Shown: positions 25,704 through 36,163, numbered from the stretch's first letter. The stretch: 64,000 nt of DNA from Candidatus Bathyarchaeia archaeon (GCA_038727135.1 JAVYWL010000004.1:1-64000), one strand, 5' to 3'. Numbers and translations: made by a program. The notes: generated by a model from the letters alone, not told the origin.

Positions 25704-27124
25704 TCATAACATTTTTGAGAGGTTATTCAATATGGCAACATAAGATTTCTCGAGGGTTATTAGGCCTCCTGTTGGTCCTCCTTCCCCAACGACTATGTAT
25801 TCGTTTGGTGCATGGGCTCTTCCGCCGTGACCTATGCCTCCCTCAACGAATGGAAGGTTCAGTGGCTCTCTATTGAACATGCAGAAGGGTGCGCTTCCAG
25901 CCATGTGGGGCCATATTTCGGGTTCGTAGCCGAACTCGCGGTAGGTCTTTATAACAGCTTGGGCGGCTGGTTCGCGCACGCTTGTTTTTGCCCATCCATA
26001 CCCTTCTTCAAGCTGGATTATTTTTATTTCCTTGAAGCCATGTTTGTCCAAGTGTCTCCTTATCTTTGGTATAACTTCTTCAACAGTCATGTTTGGCACT
26101 AAGCGAACATCTATTTTTACAGTTATTTTGTGGGGTAAAACGGTTTTAGTGCCTGGGCCAATATAGCCGCTCCAAATACCATCAATGTTTAGGGTTGGCG
26201 AATAGAGATATTTTAGCAGCGCCTCCTTTCCATGAACGTCGTCGATAAAACGCTCAACCTTCATCTCTTTTTGACGGTTTCTTCATCGAAGGTCTTTTCC
26301 AGCTTCTCTATTAATTTCATGTCTTCAGGGCTTGGAGGAACAACGTTGTCGTAGAAGCCTTCAACCAAGACCTTATTTCCATCCTTTGATGTAAGGGTGC
26401 TAAGGGCCTGTATCATGCGCAGCGCTGGACTGTCAACCCATGCCTTGTTGCTTCCATGGATGTCAAACTCTGTTAGTCCGTAACCCCAACTTTTCCCGTC
26501 AAGCTCAAGTTCAAAATAAACTATTCCCTTGACGCCCAGTGCCATTTGAACCTTGCCCTTTTCATCTTGATCAGCTGTTGGGAAGAAAACAGCACCAGCA
26601 TCCTTCAAAATATTCAAGTACTCATTTATGAACTCTGGAAGGTGGCGGCTTCCAAGCTCTTCTTCGCCTTCAGCCACAAAAATTAAGTTAAGCGGAATTT
26701 CTTCGCCAACAGCTGTTATAGATTCGCAAGCATTCAAAAAGGCGCCAAGCTCCCCTTTAGTGTTTATGGCGCCTCTGGCGACAAGGCATTTTCCAAAAGG
26801 CGGCATCTCAACAACACGTCCTTCCAGTGGCGGAACAGTCCAGCCAGGCTCGTCCACTGGCTGTGTGTCATACATCATGTAAATTATGACTGTTTTATCG
26901 GCGCCAGCATTATAATATCCGTAAACCACAGGGTTGCCGGATGTTTCCACGAGGCGAGCGTCCTTACAGCCCAAACGCTTCAAATAATCCTTGACGAGGT
27001 TTGCACACTCGCGTATTCCAAGGTTTTCAGCTGATATGGAAGGCTGTCTAACAAGCTCTTTTAGCCGTCCAAGATGCTCCTCAAAATGGTCTTCAATGTA
27101 TCTAAAAACTTTCTCTCGATTCAT
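25704..27124 (-). pseudogene. M20 family metallopeptidase split by a 1-nt frameshift (ORFs 26261-27124 and 25704-26264)
   Basis: N-part: YDTQP, ARGAINTKG, EGEEE.GS; C-part: DVRLVP, HAPNE; one extra A at 26268-26272 would fuse them into about 473 aa. Confidence 0.8.
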
Positions 27125-27243
27125 TTACACACCTAGCCTCCAATTCTAGATTTTAAAAGTTATAAAGCTTCACATGGCTTATGTTCTGGATAATTTATAT
27201 ATCCAAAAAGAAACTCTAATGGAGATTAAGAGGGAGAAGCTTT

Positions 27244-27954
27244 TTGCCCCTTGATGAGCCCCAAACCTACGCGCTTATAATAACAGTGGTGGGAGTAGTT
27301 GCTGCCCTCCTAATAGTTTTTTATGCTATGAGGCGAAGGGGGAAGGAAGAGAAAAAAGCTTCTGAAAAAATTGAAGTTAAGCCTAAGGAGGCTTTGCCAT
27401 TTAAAATTGTTAAGACTGTTTCTCCTGAAGAGGCTGCCCGCGCCAAAGAAGAGCTTAGAATACTGGACTTGGAGAGGGAGATTTTAAGCGACGCAATAAG
27501 GAAGCTTTACGAGGCCCACGCCGAAGGAAAAATAACTGAAGAAGAGCGAGACAGGCTTGCCCAAACATATAAGGAGCGAATGATGATCGTTAAGGAGGCT
27601 ATTACGAAGGACGAGTCCCTTGTTGCCTTACATGAGCTTGAAGCCATGCAGGAAGACCTAATAAAACTTTTCAGCGAACGCTTCGACGAGATAAGCGCAA
27701 AAATCGAGGAGCTCCGCTCAAAGGTTGAAGCTAAGCCATTAAAAGAAATAACAATACCGGCGCCAAAACCAGCGAAGCCTTTAGAGGTTGAGGAGAAAAC
27801 AGAAGAAGCGGAAACCGAAGAAAAAGCGAAAAAGAGAAGGAAACCACCCGCCAAGCCCCCTCCGCGGACAGAAGCTGAAAAACGCATAGAGGAGATTAGA
27901 GCCGAAGTGGAAAAAGTTCTGGAAAAGCTGGGGCAGATGGAAATTGAAACTTAG
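27244..27954 (+). CDS. Membrane-anchored coiled-coil protein
   Basis: N-terminal TM helix, SHOCT-like GKITEEE, coiled coil. Confidence 0.8.
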   Translation: MPLDEPQTYALIITVVGVVAALLIVFYAMRRRGKEEKKASEKIEVKPKEALPFKIVKTVSPEEAARAKEELRILDLEREILSDAIRKLYEAHAEGKITEEERDRLAQTYKERMMIVKEAITKDESLVALHELEAMQEDLIKLFSERFDEISAKIEELRSKVEAKPLKEITIPAPKPAKPLEVEEKTEEAETEEKAKKRRKPPAKPPPRTEAEKRIEEIRAEVEKVLEKLGQMEIET

Positions 27955-28654
27955 AGAAGAAGATTTGGAAAAGGCAAAGAGGAATGCCGCACTAGAAGCG
28001 GCCAAACACGTTAAAGATGGATTTATATTAGGGCTCGGCAGCGGAAGCACAGTAGCCTATGCTGCGGAAGAAATTGGAAAAAGAATAAAAGCCGACGAAT
28101 TACATGTTAAGGTAGTGCCAACATCATACCAAGCTTTTATGCTGGCGGTAAAGAATGGCATTCCAACAACAACATTGGAAGAAAACCCCACAATAGACTT
28201 GACAATAGATGGAGCAGACCAAATAGACGAAAATCTGAATCTAATTAAGGGCATGGGCGGTGCCCTAACCCGCGAAAAAATAGTTGCTGCGGCATCCAAA
28301 ACCCTAATAATAATAGCGGATGAGAGAAAGAAAGCCAAAATCTTAGGCGAAAATGGCCAAAGACTACCAATAGAAGTCTTACCCTTCGCCGCATCCTTTG
28401 TAACACAGAAATTAAGTGCATTAGGGGGGAAGCCAAAAATAAGAGAAGGCAGCGGAAAAGTCGGTCCAATTGTTACGGAAAATGGCAACTTCATAATAGA
28501 CGTGGACTTCGGATTAATAGAGGATCCAACAGAATTGGAAAAGAGACTGAAAATGATTCCTGGAATAGTGGAGACCGGACTTTTCGTGGATATGGCGGAT
28601 CTAGTTTACCTTGGAAAACGTGACAGAGTTGAAAAACTGAAGCGAAAGAAATAA
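27944..28654 (+). CDS. rpiA: Ribose-5-phosphate isomerase A
   Basis: GLGSGST, DGADQID, KGMGGALTREK, PGIVETGLF. Confidence 0.96.
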   Translation: MKLREEDLEKAKRNAALEAAKHVKDGFILGLGSGSTVAYAAEEIGKRIKADELHVKVVPTSYQAFMLAVKNGIPTTTLEENPTIDLTIDGADQIDENLNLIKGMGGALTREKIVAAASKTLIIIADERKKAKILGENGQRLPIEVLPFAASFVTQKLSALGGKPKIREGSGKVGPIVTENGNFIIDVDFGLIEDPTELEKRLKMIPGIVETGLFVDMADLVYLGKRDRVEKLKRKK

Positions 28655-28687
28655 CAAGAAGCATTTTTCATCTGATTATTAAGGGAT

Positions 28688-28797
28688 GCCGGGGTAGCCT
28701 AGCCTGGAATGGGCGCCAGACTCATAATCAAAAGGTCTGAATGGGGCACAGAAGATAGGAAATCTGGAGGTCGCGGGCTCAAATCCCGCCCCCGGCA
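28688..28797 (+). tRNA. tRNA-Met(CAT), elongator, with 35-nt intron at 37/38 (28727-28761)
   Basis: GCCGGGG/CCCCGGC acceptor, CCAGA-CT-CAT-A[intron]A-TCTGG anticodon arm, CTCAAATC T loop. Confidence 0.92.
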
Positions 28798-29642
28798 CTC
28801 TTTATATAGTATCGTACTATTACTATGGGTTTGTGTTTTATTTTTTCCAGCATCTTCCAGCTCACTTCGGCCAAGTCAACATTGAATTTTTCAGCCATGT
28901 CCCAGACGGTTCTGCCAGCCCCATAACCTCTAGCACGGTTTGCGAGTTCTGCAATTGCTAACGCCTCATCAGTTGAGATGGGGCTTCCAGCAACCGCTAT
29001 CGGGGTTGCCCTTCTCTTTAGCTTTAGCATCCGCCCGACAACGTAGGTGATAAAGCCCCCAAGGTTACGGATTCCCTTTATTGGTCTTGGTCTAGGCGTA
29101 AAATGGAAATTTCTGAAAGAGTATGTTTTGTCTGTGTCGGCAATTATGACGCAAACTTTCCGCCCAAGTGCTTCTAAAATTTTTCTTTGTATTTTTTCGG
29201 CTATGGCTTGGGCGTTTTTTAGGGGTAAGCAAACATAAGCGTATGGAAGGTTTGTTCCGTCTATGCCTCCTTCAGAGCCAAACATTAGGGCTTGCAGTAA
29301 ACCTGCATACTGTAGGGCGACCTGTTTGTGGCGGCTTCCAGCGTCTCGTGGATAGTCTCGAAGCCTTTCTATGAGTTTTCTCCGCAAGTGGCATATCGGA
29401 CCGAGAAAATAGCCCCAAACAAGCGGCATCCAAAGTCTGGCAATGATTTTTGCGTTTAGGCTTGGCTGCACCTTGCTCTCGTCCACAATATTGCCGGTGG
29501 CTGTTGCAATGGCTTTTTCCGATATAACCACAAAGTCTCCGTCTGAAATTTTTCCTTCAATACTTTTGATTATCTGCCTTATGTAGTCTTCTCCGGGTCG
29601 CCAGTACTTTGTTGTTATGGCGTACGCCTTATACTTTGGCAA
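28779..29642 (-). CDS. Coenzyme F420:L-glutamate ligase (CofE)-like protein
   Basis: DGDFVVISEKAIA, GGIDGTN, VIIADTD, PIVIVR. Confidence 0.8.
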   Translation of the reverse strand: MPKYKAYAITTKYWRPGEDYIRQIIKSIEGKISDGDFVVISEKAIATATGNIVDESKVQPSLNAKIIARLWMPLVWGYFLGPICHLRRKLIERLRDYPRDAGSRHKQVALQYAGLLQALMFGSEGGIDGTNLPYAYVCLPLKNAQAIAEKIQRKILEALGRKVCVIIADTDKTYSFRNFHFTPRPRPIKGIRNLGGFITYVVGRMLKLKRRATPIAVAGSPISTDEALAIAELANRARGYGAGRTVWDMAEKFNVDLAEVSWKMLEKIKHKPIVIVRYYIKSAGGGI

Positions 29643-29660
29643 TTTAAACCGCTTTAGGTT

Positions 29661-30359
29661 TTAGAGGCTTTTAAACCGCTTTTTAATCTCTTCAATATTG
29701 CATTCTGGCGGTTTCATTTTTCCTTCTGGGCAAAAGCCAAGCTCAACACAGGTGGGTCCAGCATTCTCAAAAAGTGATGGCGCCACCCTTTTCACTTGTC
29801 GGAGCATTTCAGTTGCGACCTCACGGAGTTCCCATTGGGAGCGGGCGCAGCACCGCAGGTTGAAGAAGTGGCGTAGCTCGCGGGCGTTCATTGTTACGAC
29901 AATGTTTGTTTTTGCAGCGTTAGGGAGAATGTAGCGTGCATCCTCTTTTGGAATGCCCATCTCCAAGAGCTTCTTGTAGGCGGCAGAGATGCTTTCCAAC
30001 GTTTCATCGAATATTTTCTTTGCCTCTGAATTTTGGGCTATGGTGGGCGGTGTCACATACTTTTTCAATGTGTCATATGTTACGTAGCGTTGGCTTTGTT
30101 GCGTGTAGGATGCGATGCGGTGTCTAACAAGCTGGTGGGTTAAAGCCCTCGAAACCTCCTCTATGCTGAAGGTGAAGGATGCATGCTCAATAACGGACAT
30201 GTGTCCATAACCAGTCACACGCTTAATCGTCTGCCTCGCCCTCTCCAAATTTATACTATCAAAAATTTCAGAAGGGCTTCCACTTTTTGATGATGTTAAA
30301 GCTGCAGCCCCGCATAGAAGCTCGGGGTCCGCCGTATAACGGAGAAGCTTAACCCTCAT
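29661..30359 (-). CDS. thyX: Flavin-dependent thymidylate synthase
   Basis: GHMSVIEH, QLVRHRIASYTQQSQRY, EDARYILP, NAREL. Confidence 0.96.
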   Translation of the reverse strand: MRVKLLRYTADPELLCGAAALTSSKSGSPSEIFDSINLERARQTIKRVTGYGHMSVIEHASFTFSIEEVSRALTHQLVRHRIASYTQQSQRYVTYDTLKKYVTPPTIAQNSEAKKIFDETLESISAAYKKLLEMGIPKEDARYILPNAAKTNIVVTMNARELRHFFNLRCCARSQWELREVATEMLRQVKRVAPSLFENAGPTCVELGFCPEGKMKPPECNIEEIKKRFKSL

Positions 30360-30406
30360 TTAGCACACCTTTCACGCTTAAACCACGAAGGTAATAAATC
30401 GGGTTT

Positions 30407-31066
30407 GTGATAAAACGCTTTTGGAGACCTTTATTGGCCAGAGCCAAGAAGCCAATAGACTACATAAACGAGCTGTGCTATAGCAAGAGTGAAGAGCAGC
30501 GGATGCTTGGAAAAACTTTAAACGCCCAATATGAGAGGTGGACGAAAACCCTAACCCTGAAGGACTTCCTCGAATTTAATGAAACCATAATGGCGAACAA
30601 GGCCGAAATCGGTGTTGCACAATTTTTCGGAAAGTTCCGCGCCTACGCCTTCGAAGAGTACATTTTCCGTCTTGTGAGGGAAAAAGTTATCGTCAAGAAG
30701 CCCTTTGAAGCCTTTTGGGGCGAAAAGTGTCTTGTCTGGCAGAGCGGCGAGAAAAGTTATGCCATAGAATTTGACATCTCCATCGGGCAGAAAATATGCG
30801 AGTTTATTGATCCTCTCGTTGTTTTTGACGCGAAGGTTGAGCTTGATTCAGCCAGACTAAAAACAGCCCTCGCTTCCTTTGCCATACTAAAACGTTGGAA
30901 ACCAGCCGCCCGCTGCGTGCTTGTCTACGTAACAAGAGAGTTAGATGACTGCCTCTTGGAACTAGCTAAAAACTGGATTGATGGAGTCTTCCAGTTTAGT
31001 AGGGAAAATGATGAAACCGCCATTTTCCTCAGTTATGTTACCCGATGCTTGAGCATGAATTGCTAA
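30407..31066 (+). CDS. Putative PD-(D/E)xK nuclease-fold protein
   Basis: FEEYI helix, EFDISIG, VVFDAK spacing resembles restriction-endonuclease motifs I-III. Confidence 0.55.
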   Translation: MIKRFWRPLLARAKKPIDYINELCYSKSEEQRMLGKTLNAQYERWTKTLTLKDFLEFNETIMANKAEIGVAQFFGKFRAYAFEEYIFRLVREKVIVKKPFEAFWGEKCLVWQSGEKSYAIEFDISIGQKICEFIDPLVVFDAKVELDSARLKTALASFAILKRWKPAARCVLVYVTRELDDCLLELAKNWIDGVFQFSRENDETAIFLSYVTRCLSMNC

Positions 31067-31068
31067 GA

Positions 31069-32100
31069 CTAGATTTTTGCGTATATGCGTTCGCTGGTGA
31101 ACCTACCGCTTTCCATCTCCATCTCAATTTCCCTCAAAAGCAGTATTCGCTTAAACGTAGGCGGATGAGTTGAGAACCACGTGTTGATTTTTGCCCACGT
31201 GGATTTTGCCTCCTTCTCCATGGCTAACTCCAACTCGCGCTCGTCTAAAACGCCGTCCTTGTCCAAGTCGTATTCAGCCTTCTTCTCCATTATGGAGGAT
31301 ATTTCCATCTTAGCCATCGCCGGATCACCAATGTAGAAGGTTCTGGCGCCGGATGGCGGTTTGGGCGAAAGCGACAAACCATAAGTGATTTTGGCTAAAG
31401 CACTTTGGAGGCTTCTAGGCGACCCGGTCAAGTAGGCGGAGTAGGCGTCAGCGTAGTGCTCCCGCAGCCGGCTCAAACCCATGACACATAAGAGCGAAAT
31501 GATGTAGACTATATAGGAGATTATTGCCACTGCGAAGAAGGCTGCCTTTATGCTTCCTTCCTCCTTCTTCTTTGCTGGGGTCCATCTTCCAGCTTCCCAT
31601 GTTGCCCTTGCAATTAAGTAGGCGAGGAGTGGCAAGGCTGAAAGTACGGTCATGACAATGAAGTCTTTGTGTTTTATGTGACCTAACTCGTGGCCTATGA
31701 CGCCTCTAATTTCCTCTTTGTTGAGCTTCTTAAGGAGTCCTTCGTGTACTGCTAGGGTGGCGTCTTTGGCTGTTCTTCCGAAGACAAAGGCATTTGGCGT
31801 TTCATCCGGCACTATGGCTAGCTTCGGCATTGGCAGTCCAGATTTGTCGGCTAACTCTTTTACGGTTTCTTCAAGCCACGGGTTTTCTCCCCTTTCCAGA
31901 TAGCGAAGCCTTGTTGAACTTGCCACCATTGCTGGCCCTATCAAATATTGGATGAGTATGAATAGCACTGTGCCTATTATGGCGTAGATAAGGCTGAACT
32001 GGAAGATTAGCATAATTGCCGACAAAAAGAGCGCGAATATGAAGGCTACTAGGAATATGGACGTGCCCATTGCAAGCTTTAACTCGGCAAGTCTACCCAA
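31069..32100 (-). CDS. htpX: Zinc metalloprotease HtpX (M48)
   Basis: PNAF, HELGH, SRLREHYAD, STHPP. Confidence 0.93.
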   Translation of the reverse strand: MGRLAELKLAMGTSIFLVAFIFALFLSAIMLIFQFSLIYAIIGTVLFILIQYLIGPAMVASSTRLRYLERGENPWLEETVKELADKSGLPMPKLAIVPDETPNAFVFGRTAKDATLAVHEGLLKKLNKEEIRGVIGHELGHIKHKDFIVMTVLSALPLLAYLIARATWEAGRWTPAKKKEEGSIKAAFFAVAIISYIVYIISLLCVMGLSRLREHYADAYSAYLTGSPRSLQSALAKITYGLSLSPKPPSGARTFYIGDPAMAKMEISSIMEKKAEYDLDKDGVLDERELELAMEKEAKSTWAKINTWFSTHPPTFKRILLLREIEMEMESGRFTSERIYAKI

Positions 32101-32170
32101 CAGCCCACCAGCATTCTAACATTCAGAAACGTAGAAGCATCTCTGGTTAAAGCTTTATCCTCTTCGCTGC

Positions 32171-34306
32171 TTATTTCATGTACTTTTTTGGGTTTTTCTT
32201 AAACTCTTCTTCGCACACTTTTGAACAGAAATAGATGACGCGGCCTTCATGCTCAATTTTGCTGAACGCTGTGTCTGGGTCTATCTTCATCCCACAAACC
32301 GGGTCCTTTACAAGGGTTTTCTTCGCCAATATTTTCACCTCCCCAGGTTCATACTTCCTTAAAGTTTGACTGTTCAATGCGACTATAACTGTGCTTAGGG
32401 ACATTATTATTGCACCAACCGCCGCTGGAAGAGTAACACCAAACCCTGATAGGATTCCAGCCGCCAATGGAATTGTTACTATGTTGTAGCCAGCGGCCCA
32501 CCATAGGTTTTGAGTCATCTTCGAATATGTTCTGCGTGAGATGTCTATTACTTTCACCACGTCTCTCGGGTCGTTCTTGACTAGGATTATGTCCGCGCTT
32601 TCTATGGCTACGTCTGTTCCGGCACCTATGGCTATACCAACATCCGCCGTTACAAGTGCTGGGGCGTCGTTCACACCGTCGCCAACCATGGCAACCCGGT
32701 ACCCCTCCTCTTTGAGCCGTCTAATTTTTTCAGCCTTTCTGTCTGGCAGAACCCGTGCAAAATAGCTGTCTATGCCAAGTTCTCTTGCAACCCAACTGGC
32801 AACTTCTTCAGAATCTCCGGTAAGCATGTAAACCTTGACACCGTTTTCCTTCAACTTTCTGACAGCTTCACGGGACTCCTCTCGTATGCTGTCCGCCAGC
32901 GCGAATGCACCAGCAAGTTTTCCGTCCACAATCGTGAAAACAACTGTCTTGCCTTGCTCTTGCAGCTTCTTTATTCTCGGGTCTTCAACGGTTATTTTTA
33001 ACTCGTCTAATAGGTTTACGCTGCCCACATAAACTTCCCTTCTTCCAACTTTTCCATAGGCGCCTTTTCCCGGCAACGCCCTAAAGTCCTTGGCGTGTGG
33101 GATTTTGATGCCTTTGCTTTCGGCGTATTCCACTATGGCTTTTGCTATCACATGTTCCGAGTTCAACTCAATACTAGCCGTTAGCCTCAAAAGCTCTTCC
33201 TCTGGTATGAAGGCGATGACATCACTGACGCCAAATTTTCCAACGGTCAACGTGCCTGTTTTATCAAAAACAACGGCGTTAACATCCTTAACCATTTCGA
33301 AGGCTCGCCTATCCCTTATGAGGATTCCACTTTTCGCCGTTATGGATGTGGAAAGAGCCACAACCAGTGGTATAGCCAACCCCAAAGCGTGGGGGCAAGC
33401 GATAACGAGAACTGTTACAGCCCTTTCAAGGGCAAAGTCCAAACTGGCCATAAAAGACCACACTGTAAAGGTTGCTATGCCTACGCCTAGTGCCACATAG
33501 AAGAGAAGGGCGGCGGCTCTGTTCGCCAAATCCTGCGTCCGCGAGCGGCTTTCTTGGGCTTGTCTAACCAGCTTGATAACTTGCGCCAAATAAGTTTCTT
33601 CACCTACGCGTTCTATCCGCACTTTTAGGACGCCTTCTCCGTTTATTGAGCCTCCAACAACCTTTTCGCCAACTTTCTTGCTTATGGGCTTTGATTCGCC
33701 AGTCAATAAAGCCTCATTAACATATGATTCGCCTTCAAGCACAACGCCGTCAGACGGGATTTTTTCGCCGGGTCTCACAAGAACAACATCGCCCTTTTTC
33801 AGCTGTGAGACTGGGGTGTCTATGATTTCGCCGTTTTTTATTAGGTGGGCTGTTGTTGGCATTATGCGAACAAGCTCCTCCAAAGCCATGGAAGCTCCCA
33901 TAACGCTTTTTGCCTCAATCCAATGCCCCAAAAGCATAACATCGATTAGGGTTGCGAGTTCCCAGAAGAAATCTTTGCCGCTTATGGAAAAGTAGACCGT
34001 CCCAAGCGAGTAAAACATGGCCACAGATACAGCCATACCAATGAGCGTCATCATGCCGGGCTGTCTAGCTTTAACCTCTTGGTACAAGCCTTTTAAGAAG
34101 GGCCATCCGCCATAAAGATAGACGATTATGGATAAGAGGGAAAGCACCTCTTTCTGGTAGGGGATTTTTATCCATTCTAGGCCGAGCCACATCTGAATCA
34201 TTTCCGAAAGAAGCAGAATTGGCACTGTTAGTACCAGTGAAACCCAAAATCGTCGTTTAAACTCTCCCACATGGTGGGCGTGATTATGGTGACTATGAGT
34301 GCTCAA
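32171..34306 (-). CDS. copB: P1B-type copper-translocating ATPase (CopB-like) with C-terminal YHS domain
   Basis: His-rich N-terminus, TGES, CPHALGL, DKTGT, GDGVNDAP, YN/MSLS; DPVCGM...YFCS. Confidence 0.93.
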   Translation of the reverse strand: MSTHSHHNHAHHVGEFKRRFWVSLVLTVPILLLSEMIQMWLGLEWIKIPYQKEVLSLLSIIVYLYGGWPFLKGLYQEVKARQPGMMTLIGMAVSVAMFYSLGTVYFSISGKDFFWELATLIDVMLLGHWIEAKSVMGASMALEELVRIMPTTAHLIKNGEIIDTPVSQLKKGDVVLVRPGEKIPSDGVVLEGESYVNEALLTGESKPISKKVGEKVVGGSINGEGVLKVRIERVGEETYLAQVIKLVRQAQESRSRTQDLANRAAALLFYVALGVGIATFTVWSFMASLDFALERAVTVLVIACPHALGLAIPLVVALSTSITAKSGILIRDRRAFEMVKDVNAVVFDKTGTLTVGKFGVSDVIAFIPEEELLRLTASIELNSEHVIAKAIVEYAESKGIKIPHAKDFRALPGKGAYGKVGRREVYVGSVNLLDELKITVEDPRIKKLQEQGKTVVFTIVDGKLAGAFALADSIREESREAVRKLKENGVKVYMLTGDSEEVASWVARELGIDSYFARVLPDRKAEKIRRLKEEGYRVAMVGDGVNDAPALVTADVGIAIGAGTDVAIESADIILVKNDPRDVVKVIDISRRTYSKMTQNLWWAAGYNIVTIPLAAGILSGFGVTLPAAVGAIIMSLSTVIVALNSQTLRKYEPGEVKILAKKTLVKDPVCGMKIDPDTAFSKIEHEGRVIYFCSKVCEEEFKKNPKKYMK

Positions 34307-34328
34307 TCTTTTACCTCCTCCGGAAGTT

Positions 34329-34775
34329 TCAACCCTTCAGCCTTTCCAAAATTATTGCTGGACAAATTTTCTTGACACCTTCAATGGGTCCGATTTTTTC
34401 CGATATGAGCTTTGTCAGTTCGCGGCCGTCCCTGGTCCATACTTCAGTCATTATCATGTGGTCTCCTGTCGATGTGGCAACACAGCGGATTTCCTTAAAT
34501 TCGCAGAGTTTTTGGGCTACCTCCAAAAGCTTGGGTGGGTCGACGTCTATGCCAACTATCGCAACAGTGTTTAAGCCTATTTTGGCTGGGTCTATTTCCA
34601 CCGTGAACCTTTTGATTACGCCGTTTTCTTTTAGGGCTTGAACTCTTTTCCTTATTGTTGATTCGCTTAGCCTTAGTTTTTTGGCTATCTCCATGAAGGT
34701 TAGGCGTCCATCTTCCTCTAAGAGTTTTAGGATTTTGAGGTCGAGTTCGTCTATTTCCGCAATTCTTTTTACCAT
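34329..34775 (-). CDS. Lrp/AsnC transcriptional regulator, LrpA/Ptr2-like
   Basis: HTH SESTIRKRV; STGDHMIM and GVKKICPAIILE typical of LrpA/Ptr2 orthologues. Confidence 0.92.
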   Translation of the reverse strand: MVKRIAEIDELDLKILKLLEEDGRLTFMEIAKKLRLSESTIRKRVQALKENGVIKRFTVEIDPAKIGLNTVAIVGIDVDPPKLLEVAQKLCEFKEIRCVATSTGDHMIMTEVWTRDGRELTKLISEKIGPIEGVKKICPAIILERLKG

Positions 34776-34828
34776 TTTCGCACCATTCTATACGATTTTA
34801 GCCGAATTTTGTACGAAAAGCATATAAG
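34771..34828. promoter_or_regulatory. Phased Ptr2-like binding boxes next to TATA box
   Basis: ACCATTTTCGC (34771), ACGATTTTAGC (34792), CCGAATTTTGT (34802), ACGAAAAGCAT (34813) versus Ptr2 core ACGATTTTCGT; ATATAAG at 34822. Confidence 0.6.
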
Positions 34829-34882
34829 CTTGAAAGATAAAAGGATTACGGTTAAAAATCAGCGGAGGAGGAATGAAATAAA

Positions 34883-35533
34883 ATGGAAAAAGTTGAAGAG
34901 AAAAAGCCTCTCTTGAGTCTCGGCGAAGTTGTCCCGGATTTTGAAGCGGTGACAACTCACGGCAAGATAAGGCTTTCAGACTTTAAGGGAAAATGGGTTA
35001 TCCTATTTTCGCATCCCGCAGATTTCACACCGGTCTGTACAACAGAGTTTGTTGCCTTCGCCCAGATATATCCAGAACTTGCGAAGCACAACGTTCAGCT
35101 TATTGGATTAAGTATCGACAGTGTATACTCCCACATTGCATGGGTTAGAACAATTAAAGAGAAATTGGGCGTAACAATACCGTTCCCTATTATTGCCGAC
35201 TTGGACATGAAGGTTGCAAACCTATTTGGCATGATACACCCCAAGCAAAGCACAACAGCAGCAGTGCGCTGCGTCTTCGTAATAGACCCGGAAATGAGGT
35301 TGAGGGCAATGATATACTATCCGCTGAACGTTGGGAGAAACATGGACGAAATTTTGAGGCTAATTGATGCATTGCAAACAGCCGACAAACATAAGGTGGC
35401 TTTGCCAGCAAACTGGAGGCCGGGCGACCCGGTTATAGTGCCGCCGCCAACGACGCAGGAAGAGGCTGAAAAACGCTTGCAAGAGGGCTACGAGTGTGTT
35501 GACTGGTTCCTCTGCAAGAAAAAGCTTCCATAA
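34883..35533 (+). CDS. Peroxiredoxin (Prx6 family)
   Basis: [25 protein letters not shown]. Confidence 0.96.
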   Translation: MEKVEEKKPLLSLGEVVPDFEAVTTHGKIRLSDFKGKWVILFSHPADFTPVCTTEFVAFAQIYPELAKHNVQLIGLSIDSVYSHIAWVRTIKEKLGVTIPFPIIADLDMKVANLFGMIHPKQSTTAAVRCVFVIDPEMRLRAMIYYPLNVGRNMDEILRLIDALQTADKHKVALPANWRPGDPVIVPPPTTQEEAEKRLQEGYECVDWFLCKKKLP

Positions 35534-35548
35534 ACCCTTTTTATCTTT

Positions 35549-35983
35549 ATGCGAGGTGAAAATGGTTTGGTTCAAAAGCTTCGTTCCATGGCCAAACTTG
35601 TAAAGGACTTGCGGATAGCCGTTGACGATGGAAGAGCCCACAGCGTATGCCTTGACCTTCCGCCAGAACTTGGAACAGACATGGGACCAACAGCCCTCGA
35701 GCTGGGCGTTATGAGCTATGCCGGATGCTTCGCCACAATCTTCGCTTTAATGGCCAAGAAAATGAGGGTTCAGCTTAAAGACTTGGAGGTTAAGCTTGAA
35801 GCCATAAAATCCGAAGAGGCTGGAACCATAACAGAAGCAACCTTCAACATAAACGTCAAAACCGACGCCTCAGAGGAAACAGTCCAAAGAATTTTCAAAC
35901 TAACGGTGGAAAACTGCCCAGTTGGAAAGCTCTTCGAAAGGGCTGGGGTCAAAGTAAGCTACAACATCAAGGCAGAAAAATAA
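35549..35983 (+). CDS. OsmC family protein
   Basis: GPTALEL...AGC and NCPV Cys pair; start uncertain. Confidence 0.88.
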   Translation: MRGENGLVQKLRSMAKLVKDLRIAVDDGRAHSVCLDLPPELGTDMGPTALELGVMSYAGCFATIFALMAKKMRVQLKDLEVKLEAIKSEEAGTITEATFNINVKTDASEETVQRIFKLTVENCPVGKLFERAGVKVSYNIKAEK

Positions 35984-36001
35984 TTGAGGAGTTTGAAATC
36001 A

Positions 36002-36163
36002 TTGGAAAAGTGGGAATGCATAATCTGCGGATACGTTTATGACCCAGAGGTTGGGGACCCGGAACACGGCGTTAAACCCGGAACGCCTTTTGAGGCTTTG
36101 CCTGAAAACTGGGTTTGCCCGGTTTGCGGCGCCCCAAAGGATCAGTTTGTTAAGAAAAGTTAG
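36002..36163 (+). CDS. rub: Rubredoxin, 53 aa (not in ORF track)
   Basis: [53 protein letters not shown]; TTG start after GAGGAG. Confidence 0.95.
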   Translation: MEKWECIICGYVYDPEVGDPEHGVKPGTPFEALPENWVCPVCGAPKDQFVKKS

